Assembly: GCF_009914755.1 (NCBI RefSeq)
Contig: NC_060943.1
DNA: 64,000 nucleotides
Reading direction: 5' to 3' (one strand)
DNA from: the human T2T-CHM13v2.0 reference genome, Homo sapiens
Part shown: one piece after another, positions 37,761-50,700 of the stretch
How positions within the stretch are numbered: the first letter of the stretch is position 1
Layout: every line of letters starts with the position of its first letter
Position numbers and translations under genes: made by a program
Notes under the pieces: generated by a model
Told to the model about the DNA's origin: nothing
The model's input: the letters and a program-made list of their open reading frames with translations, nothing else
Database searches by the model: none

Positions 37761-40700
37761 GAACGATCCTTTACACAGAGCAGACTTGAAACACTCTTTT
37801 TGTGGAATTTGCAAGTGGAGATATCAGCCGCTTTGAGGTCAATGGTAGAATAGGAAATATCTTCCTATAGAAACTAGACAGAATGATTCTCAGAAACTCC
37901 TTTGTGATGTGTGCGTTCTACTCACAGAGTTTAACCTTTCTTTTCATAGAGCAGTTAGGAAACACTCTGTTTGTAAAGTCTGCAAGTGGATATTCAGACA
38001 TCTTTGAGACTTTCGTTGGAAACGGGATTTCATCATATTCTGCTAGACAGAAGAATTCCCAGAAACTTCGTTGTGTTGTGTGTTTTCAACTCACAGAGTT
38101 CAACGATCCTTTACACAGAGTAGACTTGAAACACTCTTTTTGTGGAATTGGCAGGGTGGAGATTTCAGCCGCTTTGAGGTCAATGGTAGAAAAGGAAATA
38201 TCTTCGTATAAAAACTAGACAGAGTGATTCTCAGAAACTCCTTTGTGATGTGTGCGTTCAACTCACAGAGTTTAACCTTTCTTTTCATAGAGCAGTTAGG
38301 AAACACTCTGTTTGTAAAAGTCTGCAAGTGGATATTCAGACATCCTTGAGGCTTTCGTTGGAAACGGGATTTCTTCATATTCTGCTAGAAAGAAGAATTC
38401 TCAGTAACTTCCCTGTGTTGTGTGTATTCAACTCACAGAGTTGAACGATCCTTTACAGAGAGCAGACTTGAAACACTCTTTTTGTGGAATTTGCAAGTGG
38501 AGATTTCAGCCGCTTTGAGGTCAATGGTAGAATAGGAAATATCTTCCTATAGAAACTAGACAGAATGATTCTCAGAAACTCCTTTGTGATGTGTGCGTTC
38601 AACTCACAGAGTTTAACCTTTCTTTTCATAGAGCAGTTAGGAAACACTCTGTTTGTAAAGTCTGCAAGTGGATATTCAGACCTCCTTGAGGCCTTCGTTG
38701 GAAACGGGATTTCTACATATTATGCTAGACAGAAGAATTCTCAGTAACTTCCTTGTGTTGTGTGTATTCAACTCACAGAGTTGAACGATCATTTACACAG
38801 AGCAGACTTGAAACACTCTTTTTGTGGAATTTGCAAGTGGAGATATCAGCCGCTTTGAGGTCAATGGTAGAATAGGAAATATCTTCCTATAGAAACTAGA
38901 CAGAATGATTCTCAGAAACTCCTTTGTGATGTGTGCGTTAAACTCACAGAGTTTAACCTTTCTTTTCATAGAGCAGTTAGGAAACACTCTGTTTGTAAAG
39001 TCTGCAAGTGGATATTCGGACATCTTTGAGGCTTTCGTTGGAAACGGGATTTCTTCATATTCTGCTAGACAGAAGAATTCTCAGTAACTTCCTTCTGTTG
39101 TGTGTATTCAACTCACAGAGTTGAACGATCCTTTACACAGAGCAGACTTGAAACACTCTTTTTGTGGAATTTGCAAGTGGAGATTTCAGCCGCTTTGAGG
39201 TCAATGGTAGAATAGGAAATATCTTCCTATAGAAACTAGACAGAATGATTCTCAGAAACTCCTTTGTGATGTGTGCGTTCAACTCACAGAGTTTAACCTT
39301 TCTTTTCATAGAGCAGTTAGGAAACACTCTGTTTGTAAAGTCTGCAAGTGGATATTCAGACATCCTTGAGGCTTTCGTTGGAAACGGGATTTCTTCATAT
39401 TCTGCTAGAAAGAAGAATTCTCAGTAACTTCCTTGTGTTGTGTGTATTCAACTCACAGAGTTGAATGATCCTTTACACAGAACAGTCTTGAAACACTCTT
39501 TTTGTGGAATTTGCTAGTGGAGATTTCAGCCGCTTTGATGTCAATGGTAGAATAGGAAATATCTTCCTATAGAAACTAGACAGAATGATTCTCAGAAACT
39601 CCTTTGTGATGTGTGCGTTCAACTCACAGAGTTTAACCTTTCTTTTCATAGAGCAGTTAGGAAACACTCTGTTTGTAAAGTCTGCAAGTGGATATTCAGA
39701 CATCCTTGAGGCTTTCGTTGGAAACGGGATTTCTTCATATTCTGCTAGAAAGAAGAATTCTCAGTAACTTCCTTGTGTTGTGTGTATTCAACTCACAGAG
39801 TTGAACGATCCTTTACACAGAGCAGACTTGAAACACTCTTTTTGTGGAATTTGCAAGTGGAGATATCAGCCGCTTTGAGGTCAATGGTAGAATAGGAAAT
39901 ATCTTCCTATAGAAACTAGACAGAATGATTCTCAGAAACTCCTTTGTGATGTGTGCGTTCAACTCACAGAGTTTAACCTTTCTTTTCATAGAGCAGTTAG
40001 GAAACACTCTGTTTGTAAAGTCTGCATGTGGATATTCAGACATCTTTGAGGCTTTCGTTGGAAACGGGATTTCTTCATATTCTGCTAGACAGAAGAATTC
40101 TCAGTAACTTCCTTCTGTTGTGTGTATTCAACTCACAGAGTTGAACGATCCTTTACACAGAGCAGACTTGAAACACTCTTTTTGTGGAATTTGCAAGTGG
40201 AGATTTCAGCCGCTTTGAGGTCAATGGTAGAAAAGGAAATATCTTCGTATAAAAACTAGACAGAGTGATTCTCAGAAACTCCTTTGGGATGTCTGCGTTC
40301 AACTCACAGAGTTTAACCTTTCTTTTCATAGAGCAGTTAGGAAACACTCTGTTTGTAAAGTCTGCAAGTGGATATTCAGACCTCCTTGAGGCCTTCGTTG
40401 GAAACGGGATTTCTTCATATTCTGCTATACAGAAGAATTCTCAGAAACTTCCTTGTGTTGTGTGTATTCAACTCACAGAGTTGAACGATCGTTTACACAC
40501 AGCAGACTTGAGACACTCTTTTTGTGGAATTTGTAAGTGGAGATTTCAGCCGCTTTGAGGTCAATGGTAGAAAAGGAAATATCTTCATATAAAAACTAGA
40601 CAGAATGATTCTCAGAAACTCCTTTGTGATGTGTGCGTTCAACTCACAGAGTTTAACCTTTCTTTTCATAGAGCAGTTAGGAAACACTCTGTTTGTAAAG

Positions 40701-43700
40701 TCTGCAAGTGGATATTCAGACCTCTTTGAGGCCTTCGTTGGAAACGGGATTTCTTCATATTATGCTAGACAGAAGAATTCTCAGTAACTTCCTTGTGTTG
40801 TGTGTATTCAACTCACAGAGTTGAACGATCCTTTACACAGAGCAGACTTGAAACACTCTTTTTGTGGAATTTGCAAGTGGAGATTTCAGCCGCTTTGAGG
40901 TCAATGGTAGAAAAGGAAATATCTTCGTATAAAAACTACACAGAATGATTCTCAGAAACTCCTTTGTGATGTGTGCGTTCAACTCACAGAGTTTAACCTT
41001 TCTTTTCATAGAGCAGTTAGGAAACACTCTGTTTGTAAAGTCTGCAAGTGGATATTCAGACCTCCTTGAGGCCTTCGTTGGAAACGGGATTTCTTCATAT
41101 TATGCTAGACACAAGAATTCTCAGTAACTTCCTTGTGTTGTGTGTATTCAACTCACAGAGTTGAACCATCCTTTACACAGAGCAGACTTGAAACACTCTT
41201 TTTGTGGAATTTGCAAGTGGAGATTTCAGCCGCTTTGAGGTCAATGGTAGAATAGGAAATATCTTCCTATAGAAACTAGACAGAATGATTCTGAGAAACT
41301 CCTTTGTGATGTGTGCGTTCAACTCACAGAGTTTAACCTTTCTTTTCATAGAGCAGTTAGGAAACACTCTGTTTGTAAAGTGTGCAAGTGGATATTCAGA
41401 CCTCCTTGAGGCCTTCGTTGGAAACGGGATTTCTTCATATTATGCTAGACAGAAGAATTCTCAGTAACTTCCTTGTGTTGTGTGTATTCAACTCACAGAG
41501 TTGAACGATCCTTTACACAGAGCAGACTTGAAACACTCTTTTTGTGGAATTTGCAAGTGGAGATATCAGCCGCTTTGAGGTCAATGGTAGAATAGGAAAT
41601 ATCTTCCTATAGAAACTAGACAGAATGATTCTCAGAAACTCCTTTGTGATGTGTGCGTTCTACTCACAGAGTTTAACCTTTCTTTTCATAGAGCAGTTAG
41701 GAAACACTCTGTTTGTAAAGTCTGCAAGTGGATATTCAGACATCTTTGAGACTTTCGTTGGAAACGGGATTTCATCATATTCTGCTAGACAGAAGAATTC
41801 CCAGAAACTTCGTTGTGTTGTGTGTTTTCAACTCACAGAGTTCAACGATCCTTTACACAGAGTAGACTTGAAACACTCTTTTTGTGGAATTGGCAGGGTG
41901 GAGATTTCAGCCGCTTTGAGGTCAATGGTAGAAAAGGAAATATCTTCGTATAAAAACTAGACAGAGTGATTCTCAGAAACTCCTTTGTGATGTGTGCGTT
42001 CAACTCACAGAGTTTAACCTTTCTTTTCATAGAGCAGTTAGGAAACACTCTGTTTGTAAAAGTCTGCAAGTGGATATTCAGACATCCTTGAGGCTTTCGT
42101 TGGAAACGGGATTTCTTCATATTCTGCTAGAAAGAAGAATTCTCAGTAACTTCCCTGTGTTGTGTGTATTCAACTCACAGAGTTGAACGATCCTTTACAG
42201 AGAGCAGACTTGAAACACTCTTTTTGTGGAATTTGCAAGTGGAGATTTCAGCCGCTTTGAGGTCAATGGTAGAATAGGAAATATCTTCCTATAGAAACTA
42301 GACAGAATGATTCTCAGAAACTCCTTTGTGATGTGTGCGTTCAACTCACAGAGTTTAACCTTTCTTTTCATAGAGCAGTTAGGAAACACTCTGTCTGTAA
42401 AGTCTGCAAGTGGATATTCAGACCTCCTTGAGGCCTTCGTTGGAAACGGGATTTCTACATATTATGCTAGACAGAAGAATTCTCAGTAACTTCCTTGTGT
42501 TGTGTGTATTCAACTCACAGAGTTGAACGATCATTTACACAGAGCAGACTTGAAACACTCTTTTTGTGGAATTTGCAAGTGGAGATTTCAGCCTCTTTGA
42601 GGTCAATGGTAGAATAGGAAATATCTTCCTATAGAAACTAGACAGAATGATTCTCAGAAACTCCTTTGGGATGTCTGCGTTCAACTCACAGAGTTTAACC
42701 TTTCTTTTCATAGAGCAGTTAGGAAACACTCTGTTTGTAAAGTCTGCAAGTGGATATTCAGACCTCCTTGAGGCCTTCGTTGGAAACGGGATTTCTTCAT
42801 ATTCTGCTATACAGAAGAATTCTCAGAAACTTCCTTGTGTTGTGTGTATTCAACTCACAGAGTTGAACGATCGTTTACACACAGCAGACTTGAGACACTC
42901 TTTTTGTGGAATTTGTAAGTGGAGATTTCAGCCGCTTTGAGGTCAATGGTAGAAAAGGAAATATCTTCATATAAAAACTAGACAGAATGATTCTCAGAAA
43001 CTCCTTTGTGATGTGTGCGTTCAACTCACAGAGTTTAACCTTTCTTTTCATAGAGCAGTTAGGAAACACTCTGTTTGTAAAGTCTGCAAGTGGATATTCA
43101 GACCTCTTTGAGGCCTTCGTTGGAAACGGGATTTCTTCATATTATGCTAGACAGAAGAATTCTCAGTAACTTCCTTGTGTTGTGTGTATTCAACTCACAG
43201 AGTTGAACGATCCTTTACACAGAGCAGACTTGAAACACTCTTTTTGTGGAATTTGCAAGTGGAGATTTCAGCCGCTTTGAGGTCAATGGTAGAAAAGGAA
43301 ATATCTTCGTATAAAAACTAGACAGAATGATTCTCAGAAACTCCTTTGTGATGTGTGCGTTCAACTCACAGAGTTTAACCTTTCTTTTCATAGAGCAGTT
43401 AGGAAACACTCTGTTTGTAAAGTCTGCAAGTGGATATTCAGACCTCCTTGAGGCCTTCGTTGGAAACGGGATTTCTTCATATTATGCTAGACACAAGAAT
43501 TCTCAGTAACTTCCTTGTGTTGTGTGTATTCAACTCACAGAGTTGAACGATCCTTTACACAGAGCAGACTTGAAACACTCTTTTTGTGGAATTTGCAAGT
43601 GGAGATTTCAGCCGCTTTGAGGTCAATGGTAGAATAGGAAATATCTTCCTATAGAAACTAGACAGAATGATTCTGAGAAACTCCTTTGTGATGTGTGCGT

Positions 43701-46380
43701 TCAACTCACAGAGTTTAACCTTTCTTTTCATAGAGCAGTTAGGAAACACTCTGTTTGTAAAGTGTGCAAGTGGATATTCAGAACTCCTTGAGGCCTTCGT
43801 TGGAAACGGGATTTCTTCATATTATGCTAGACAGAAGAATTCTCAGTAACTTCCTTGTGTTGTGTGTATTCAACTCACAGAGTTGAACGATCCTTTACAC
43901 AGAGCAGACTTGAAACACTCTTTTTGTGGAATTTGCAAATGGAGATATCAGCCGCTTTGAGGTCAATGGTAGAATAGGAAATATCTTCCTATAGAAACTA
44001 GACAGAATGATTCTCAGAAACTCCTTTGTGATGTGTGCGTTCAACTCACAGAGTTTAACCTTTCTTTTCATAGAGCAGTTAGGAAACACTCTGTTTGTAA
44101 AGTCTGCAAGTGGATATTCAGACCTCCTTGAGGCTTTCGTTGGAAACGGGATTTCTTCATATTCTGCTAGAAAGAAGAATTCTCAGTAACTTCCTTGTGT
44201 TGTGTGTATTCAACTCACAGAGTTGAATGATCCTTTACTCAGAACAGTCTTGAAACACTCTTTTTGTGGAATTTGCAAGTGGAGATTTCAGCCGCTTTGA
44301 GGTCAATGGTAGAATAGGAAATATCTTCCTATAGAAACTAGACAGAATGATTCTCAGAAACTCCTTTGTGATGTGTGCGTTCTACTCACAGAGTTTAACC
44401 TTTCTTTTCATAGAGCAGTTAGGAAACACTCTGTTTGTAAAGTCTGCAAGTGGATATTCAGACATCTTTGAGACTTTCGTTGGAAACGGGATTTCATCAT
44501 ATTCTACTAGACAGAAGAATTCCCAGAAACTTCGTTGTGTTGTGTGATTTCAACTCACAGAGTTCAACGATCCTTTACACAGAGTAGACTTGAAACACTC
44601 TTTTTGTGGAATTGGCAGGGTGGAGATTTCAGCCGCTTTGAGGTCAATGGTAGAAAAGGAAATATCTTCGTATAAAAACTAGACAGAGTGATTCTCAGAA
44701 ACTCCTTTGTGATGTGTGCGTTCAACTCACAGAGTTTAACCTTTCTTTTCATAGAGCAGTTAGGAAACACTCTGTTTGTAAAGTCTGCAACTGGATATTC
44801 AGACATCCTTGAGGCTTTCGTTGGAAACGGGATTTCTTCATATTCTGCTAGAAAGAAGAATAATCAGTAACTTCCCTGTGTTGTGTGTATTCAACTCACA
44901 GAGTTGAACGATCCTTTACAGAGAGCAGACTTGAAACACTCTTTTTGTGGAATTTGCAAGTGGAGATTTCAGCCGCTTTGAGGTCAATGGTAGAATAGGA
45001 AATATCTTCCTATAGAAACTAGACAGAATGATTCTCAGAAACTCCTTTGTGATGTGTGCGTTCAACTCACAGAGTTTAACCTTTCTTTTCATAGAGCAGT
45101 TAGGAAACACTCTGTTTGTAAAGTCTGCAAGTGGATATTCAGACCTCCTTGAGGCCTTCGTTGGAAACGGGATTTCTACATATTATGCTAGACAGAAGAA
45201 TTCTCAGTAACTTCCTTGTGTTGTGTGTATTCAACTCACAGGGTTGAACGATCCTTTACACAGAGCAGACTTGAAACACTCTTTTTGTGGAATTTGCAAG
45301 TGGAGATTTCAGCCGCTTTGAGGTCAATGGTAGAATAGGAAATATCTTCCTATAGAAACTAGACAGAATGATTCTGAGAAACTCCTTTGTGAAGTGTGCA
45401 TTCAACTCACAGAGTTTAACCTTTCTTTTCATAGAGCAGTTAGGAAACACTCTGCTTGTAAAGTCTGCAAGTGGATACTCAGACCTCCTTGAGGCCTTCG
45501 TTGGAAACGGGATTTCTTCCTATTATGCTAGACAGAAGAATTCTCAGTAACTTCCTTGTGTTGTGTGTATTCAACTCACACAGTTGAATGATCCTTTACA
45601 CAGAGCAGACTTGAAACACTCTTTTTGTGGAATTTGCAAGTGGAGATTTCAGCCGCTTTGAGGTCAATGGTAGAATAGGAAATAACTTCCTATAGAAACT
45701 AGACAGAATGATTCTCAGAAACTCCTTTGTGATGTGTGCGTTCAACTCACAGAGTTTAACCTTTCTTTTCATAGAGCAGTTAGGAAACACTCTGTTTGTA
45801 AAGTCTGCAAGTGGATATTCAGACATCTTTGAGGCTTTCGTTGGAAACGGGATTTATTCATATTCTGCTAGACAGAAGAATTCTCAGAAACTTCGTTGTG
45901 TTGTGTGTTTTCAACTCACAGAGTTCAACGATACTTTACACAGAGTAGATTTGAAACACTCTTTTTGATGAATTGGCAGGGTGGAGATTTCAGCCGCTTT
46001 GAGGTCAATGGTAGAAAAGGAAATATCTTCGTATAAAAACTAGACAGAGTGATTCTCAGAAACTCCTTTGGGATGTCTGCGTTCAACTCACAGAGTTTAA
46101 CCTTTCTTTTCATAGAGCAGTTAGGAAACACTCTGTTTGTAAAGTCTGCAAGTGGATATTCAGACCTCCTTGAGGCCTTCGTTGGAAACGGGATTTCTTC
46201 ATATTCTGCTATACAGAAGAATTCTCAGAAACTTCCTTGTGTTGGGTGTATTCAACTCACAGAGTTGAACGATCCTTTACACAGAGCAGACTTGAAACAC
46301 TCTTTTTGTGGAATTTGCAAGTGGAGATTTCAGCCGCTTTGAGGTCAATGGTAGAAAAGGAAATATCTTCGTATAAAAAC
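37761..46380 (+). repeat. Macro-repeat copy 3, partial (~25 dimers)
   Basis: Variant order matches copy 1 at +37,760 (340/38100, 4082/41842, 6804/44564, 8289/46049). The match breaks at 46381 (TACACAGAAT vs TAGACAGAGT at 8621). Confidence 0.88.
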
Positions 46381-47779
46381 TACACAGAATGATTCTCAGA
46401 AACTCCTTTGTGATGTGTGCGTTCAACTCACAGAGTTTAACCTTTCTTTTCATAGAGTAGTTAGGAAACACTCTGTTTGTAAAGTCTGCAAGTGGATATT
46501 CAGACCTCCTTGAGGCCTTCGTTGGAAACGGGATTTCTTCATATTATGCTAGACACAAGAATTCTCAGTAACTTCCTTGTGTTGTGTGTATTCAACTCAC
46601 AGAGTTGAACGATCCTTTACACAGGGCAGACTTGAAACACTCTTTTTGTGGAATTTGCAGGTGGAGATTTCAGCCGCTTTGTGTTCAATGGTAGAATAGG
46701 AAATATCTTCCTATAGAAACTAGACAGAATTATTCTCAGAAACTCCTTTGTGATGTGTGCGTTCAACTCACAGAGTTCAACCTTTCTTTTCATAGAGCAG
46801 TTGGGAAACACTCTGTTTGTAAAGTCTGCAAGTGGATATTCAGACTTCTTTGAGGCCTTCGTTGGAAGCGGGATTTCTTCATATTCTGCTAGACAGAAGA
46901 ATTCTCAGTAACTTCCTTGTGTTGTGTGTATTCAACTCACAGAGTTGAACGATCCTTTACACAGAGCAGACTTGAAACACTCTTTTTGTGGAATTTGCAA
47001 GTGGAGATTTCAGCCGCTTTGAGGTCAATGGTAGAATAGGAAATATCTTCCTATAGAAACTAGACAGAATGATTCTCAGAAACTCCTTTGTGATGTGTGC
47101 GTTCAACTCACAGAGTTTAACCTTTCTTTTCATAGAGCAGTTAGGAAACACTCTGTTTGTAAAGTCTGCAAGTGGATATTCAGACATCCTTGAGGCTTTC
47201 GTTGGAAACGGGATTTCTTCATATTCTGCTAGAAAGAAGAATTCTCAGTAACTTCCTTGTGTTGTGTGTATTCAACTCACAGAGTTGAATGATCCTTTAC
47301 TCAGAACAGTCTTGAAACACTCTTTTTGTGGAATTTGCAAGTGGAGATTTCAGCCGCTTTGAGGTCAATGGTAGAATAGGAAATATCTTCCTATAGAAAC
47401 TAGACAGAATGATTCTCAGAAACTCCTTTGTGATGTGTGCGTTCTACTCACAGAGTTTAACCTTTCTTTTCATAGAGCAGTTAGGAAACACTCTGTGTGT
47501 AAAGTCTGCAAGTGGATATTCAGACATCTTTGAGACTTTCGTTGGAAACGGGATTTCATCATATTCTGCTAGACAGAAGAATTCCCAGAAACTTCGTTGT
47601 GTTGTGTGTTTTCAACTCACAGAGTTCAACGATCCTTTACACAGAGTAGACTTGAAACACTCTTTTTGTGGAATTGGCAGGGTGGAGATTTCAGCCGCTT
47701 TGAGGTCAATGGTAGAAAAGGAAATATCTTCGTACAAAAACTAGACAGAGTGATTCTCAGAAACTCCTTTGTGATGTCT

Positions 47780-50700
47780 GCGTTCAACTCACAGAGTTTA
47801 ACCTTTCTTTTCATAGAGCAGTTAGGAAACACTCTGTTTGTAAAGTCTGCAAGTGGATATTCAGACCTCCTTGGGGCCATCGTTGGAAACGGGATTTCTT
47901 CATATTCTGCTATACAGAAGAATTCTCAGAAACTTCCTTGTGTTGTGTGTATTCAACTCACAGAGTTGAACGATCCTTTACACAGAGCAGACTTGAAACA
48001 CTCTTTTTGTGGAATTTGCAAGTGGAGATTTCAGCCGCTTTGAGTTCAATGGTAGAATAGGAAATATCTTCCTATAGAAACTAGACAGAATGATTCTCAG
48101 AAACTCCTTTGTGATGTGTGCGTTCAACTCACAGAGTTTAACCTTTCTTTTCATAGAGCAGTTAGGAAACACTCTGTTTGTAAAGTCCGCAAGTGGATAT
48201 TCAGACATCCTTGAGGCTTTCGTTGGAAACGGGATTTCTTCATTTTCTGCTAGAAAGAAGAATTCTCAGTAACTTCCTTGTGTTGTGTGTATTCAACTCA
48301 CAGAGTTGAACGATCCTTTACATAGAGCAGACTTGAAACACTCTTTTTGTGGAATTTGCAAGTGGAGATTTCAGCCGCTTTGAGGTCAATGGTAGAAAAG
48401 GAAATATCTTCGTATAAAAACTAGACAGAATGATTCTCAGAAACTCCTTTGTGATGTGTGCGTTCAACTCACAGAGTTTAAACTGTCTTTTCATAGAGCA
48501 GTTAGGAAACACTGTTTGTAAAGTCTGCAAGTGGATATTCAGACCTCCTTGAGGCCTTTGTTGGAAACGGGATTTCTTCATATTATGCTAGACAGAAGAA
48601 TTCTCAGTAACTTCCTTGTGTTGTGTGTATTCAACTCACAGAGTTGAACGATCCTTTACACAGAGCAGACTTGAAACACTCTTTTTGTGGAATTTGCAAG
48701 TGGAGATTTCAGCCGCTTTGAGTTCAATGGTAGAATAGGAAATATCTTCCTATAGAAACTAGACAGAATGATTCTCAGAAACTCCTTTGTGATGTGTGCG
48801 TTCAACTCACAGAGTTCAACCTTTCTTTTCATAGAGCAGTTGGGAAACACTCTGTTTGTAAATTCTGCAAGTGGATATTCAGACTTCTTTGAGGCCTTCG
48901 TTGGAAGCGGGATTTCTTCATATTCTGCTAGACAGAAGAATTCTCAGTAACTTCCTTGTGTTGTGTGTATTCAACTCACAGAGTTGAATGATCCTTTACA
49001 CAGAACAGTCTTGAAACACTCTTTTTGTGGAATTTGCAAGTGGAGATTTCAGCCGCTTTGAGGTCAATGGTAGAATAGGAAATATCTTCCTATAGAAACT
49101 AGACAGAATGATTCTCAGAAACTGCTTTGTGATGTGTGCGTTCAACTCACAGAGTTTAACCTTTCTTTTCATAGAGCAGTTAGGAAACACTCTGTTTGTA
49201 AAGTCTGCAAGTGGATATTCAGACATCTTTGAGGCTTTCGTTGGAAACGGGATTTCTTCATATTCTGCTAGGCAGAAGAATTCTCAGAAACTTCGATGTG
49301 TTGTGTGTTTTCAACTCACAGAGTTCAACGATCATTTACACAGAGTAGACTTGAAACACTCTTTTTGTGGAATTGGCAGGGTGGAGATTTCAGCCGCTTT
49401 GAGGTCAATGGTAGAAAAGGAAATATCTTCGTATAAAAACTAGACAGAGTGATTCTCAGAAACTCCTTTGTGATGTCTGCGTTCAACTCACAGAGTTTAA
49501 CCTTTCTTTTCATAGAGCAGTTAGGAAACACTCTGTAAAGTCTGCAAGTGGATATTCAGACCTCCTTGAGGGCTTCGTTGGAAACGGGATTTCTTCATAT
49601 TATGCTAGACAGAAGAATTCTCAGTAACTTCCTTGTGTTGTGTGTATTCAACTCACAGAGTTGAACGATCCTTTACACAGAGCAGACTTGAAACACTCTT
49701 TTTGTGGAATTTGCAAGTGGAGATTTCAGCCGCTTTGAGGTCAATGGTAGAATAGGAAATATCTTCGTATAAAAACTAGACAGAATGATTCTCAGAAACT
49801 CCTTTGTGATGTGTGCGTTCAACTCACAGAGTTTAACCTTTCTTTTCATAGAGCAGTTAGGAAACACTCTGTTTGTAAAGTCTGCAAGTGGATATTCAGA
49901 CATCCTTGAGGCTTTCGTTGGAAACGGGATTTCTTCATATTCTGCTAGAAAGAAGAATTCTCAGTAACTTCCTTGTGTTGTGTGTATTCAACTCACAGAG
50001 TTGAACGATCCTTTACACAGAGCAGACTTGAAACACTCTTTTTGTGGAATTTGCAAGTGGAGATTTCAGCCGCTTTGAGGTCAATGGTAGAAAAGGAAAT
50101 ATCTTCGTATAAAAACTAGACAGAATGATTCTCAGAAACTCCTTTGTGATGTGTGCGTTCAACTCACAGAGTTTAACCTTTCTTTTCATAGAGCAGTTAG
50201 GAAACACTGTTTGTAAAGTCTGCAAGTGGATATTCAGTCCTCCTTGAGGCCTTCATTGGAAACGGGATTTCTTCATATTATGCTAGAGAGAAGAATTCTC
50301 AGTAACTTCCTTGTGTTGTGTGTATTCAACTCACAGAGTTGAACGATCCTTTACACAGAGCAGACTTGAAACACTCTTTTTGTGGAATTTGCAAGTGGAG
50401 ATTTCAGCCGCTTTGAGGTCAATGGTAGAATAGGAAATATCTTCCTATAGAAACTAGACAGAATGATTCTGAGAAACTCCTTTGTGATGTGTGCGTTCAA
50501 CTCACAGAGTTTAACCTTTCTTTTCATAGAGCAGTTAGGAAACACTCTGTTTGTAAAGTCTGCAAGTGGATATTCAGACCTCCTTGAGGCCTTCGTTGGA
50601 AACGGGATTTCTTCATATTATGCTAGACACAAGAATTCTCAGTAACTTCCTTGTGTTGTGTGTATTCAACTCACAGAGTTGAACGATTCTTTACACAGAG

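Noticed and set aside
1-46380. Macro-repeat as a pure assembly artefact
   Set aside because: Each copy has private variants (e.g. 1957, 6221; 18741, 35111; 38940, ~45968) and they form a consistent genealogy. Not fully excluded without reads.
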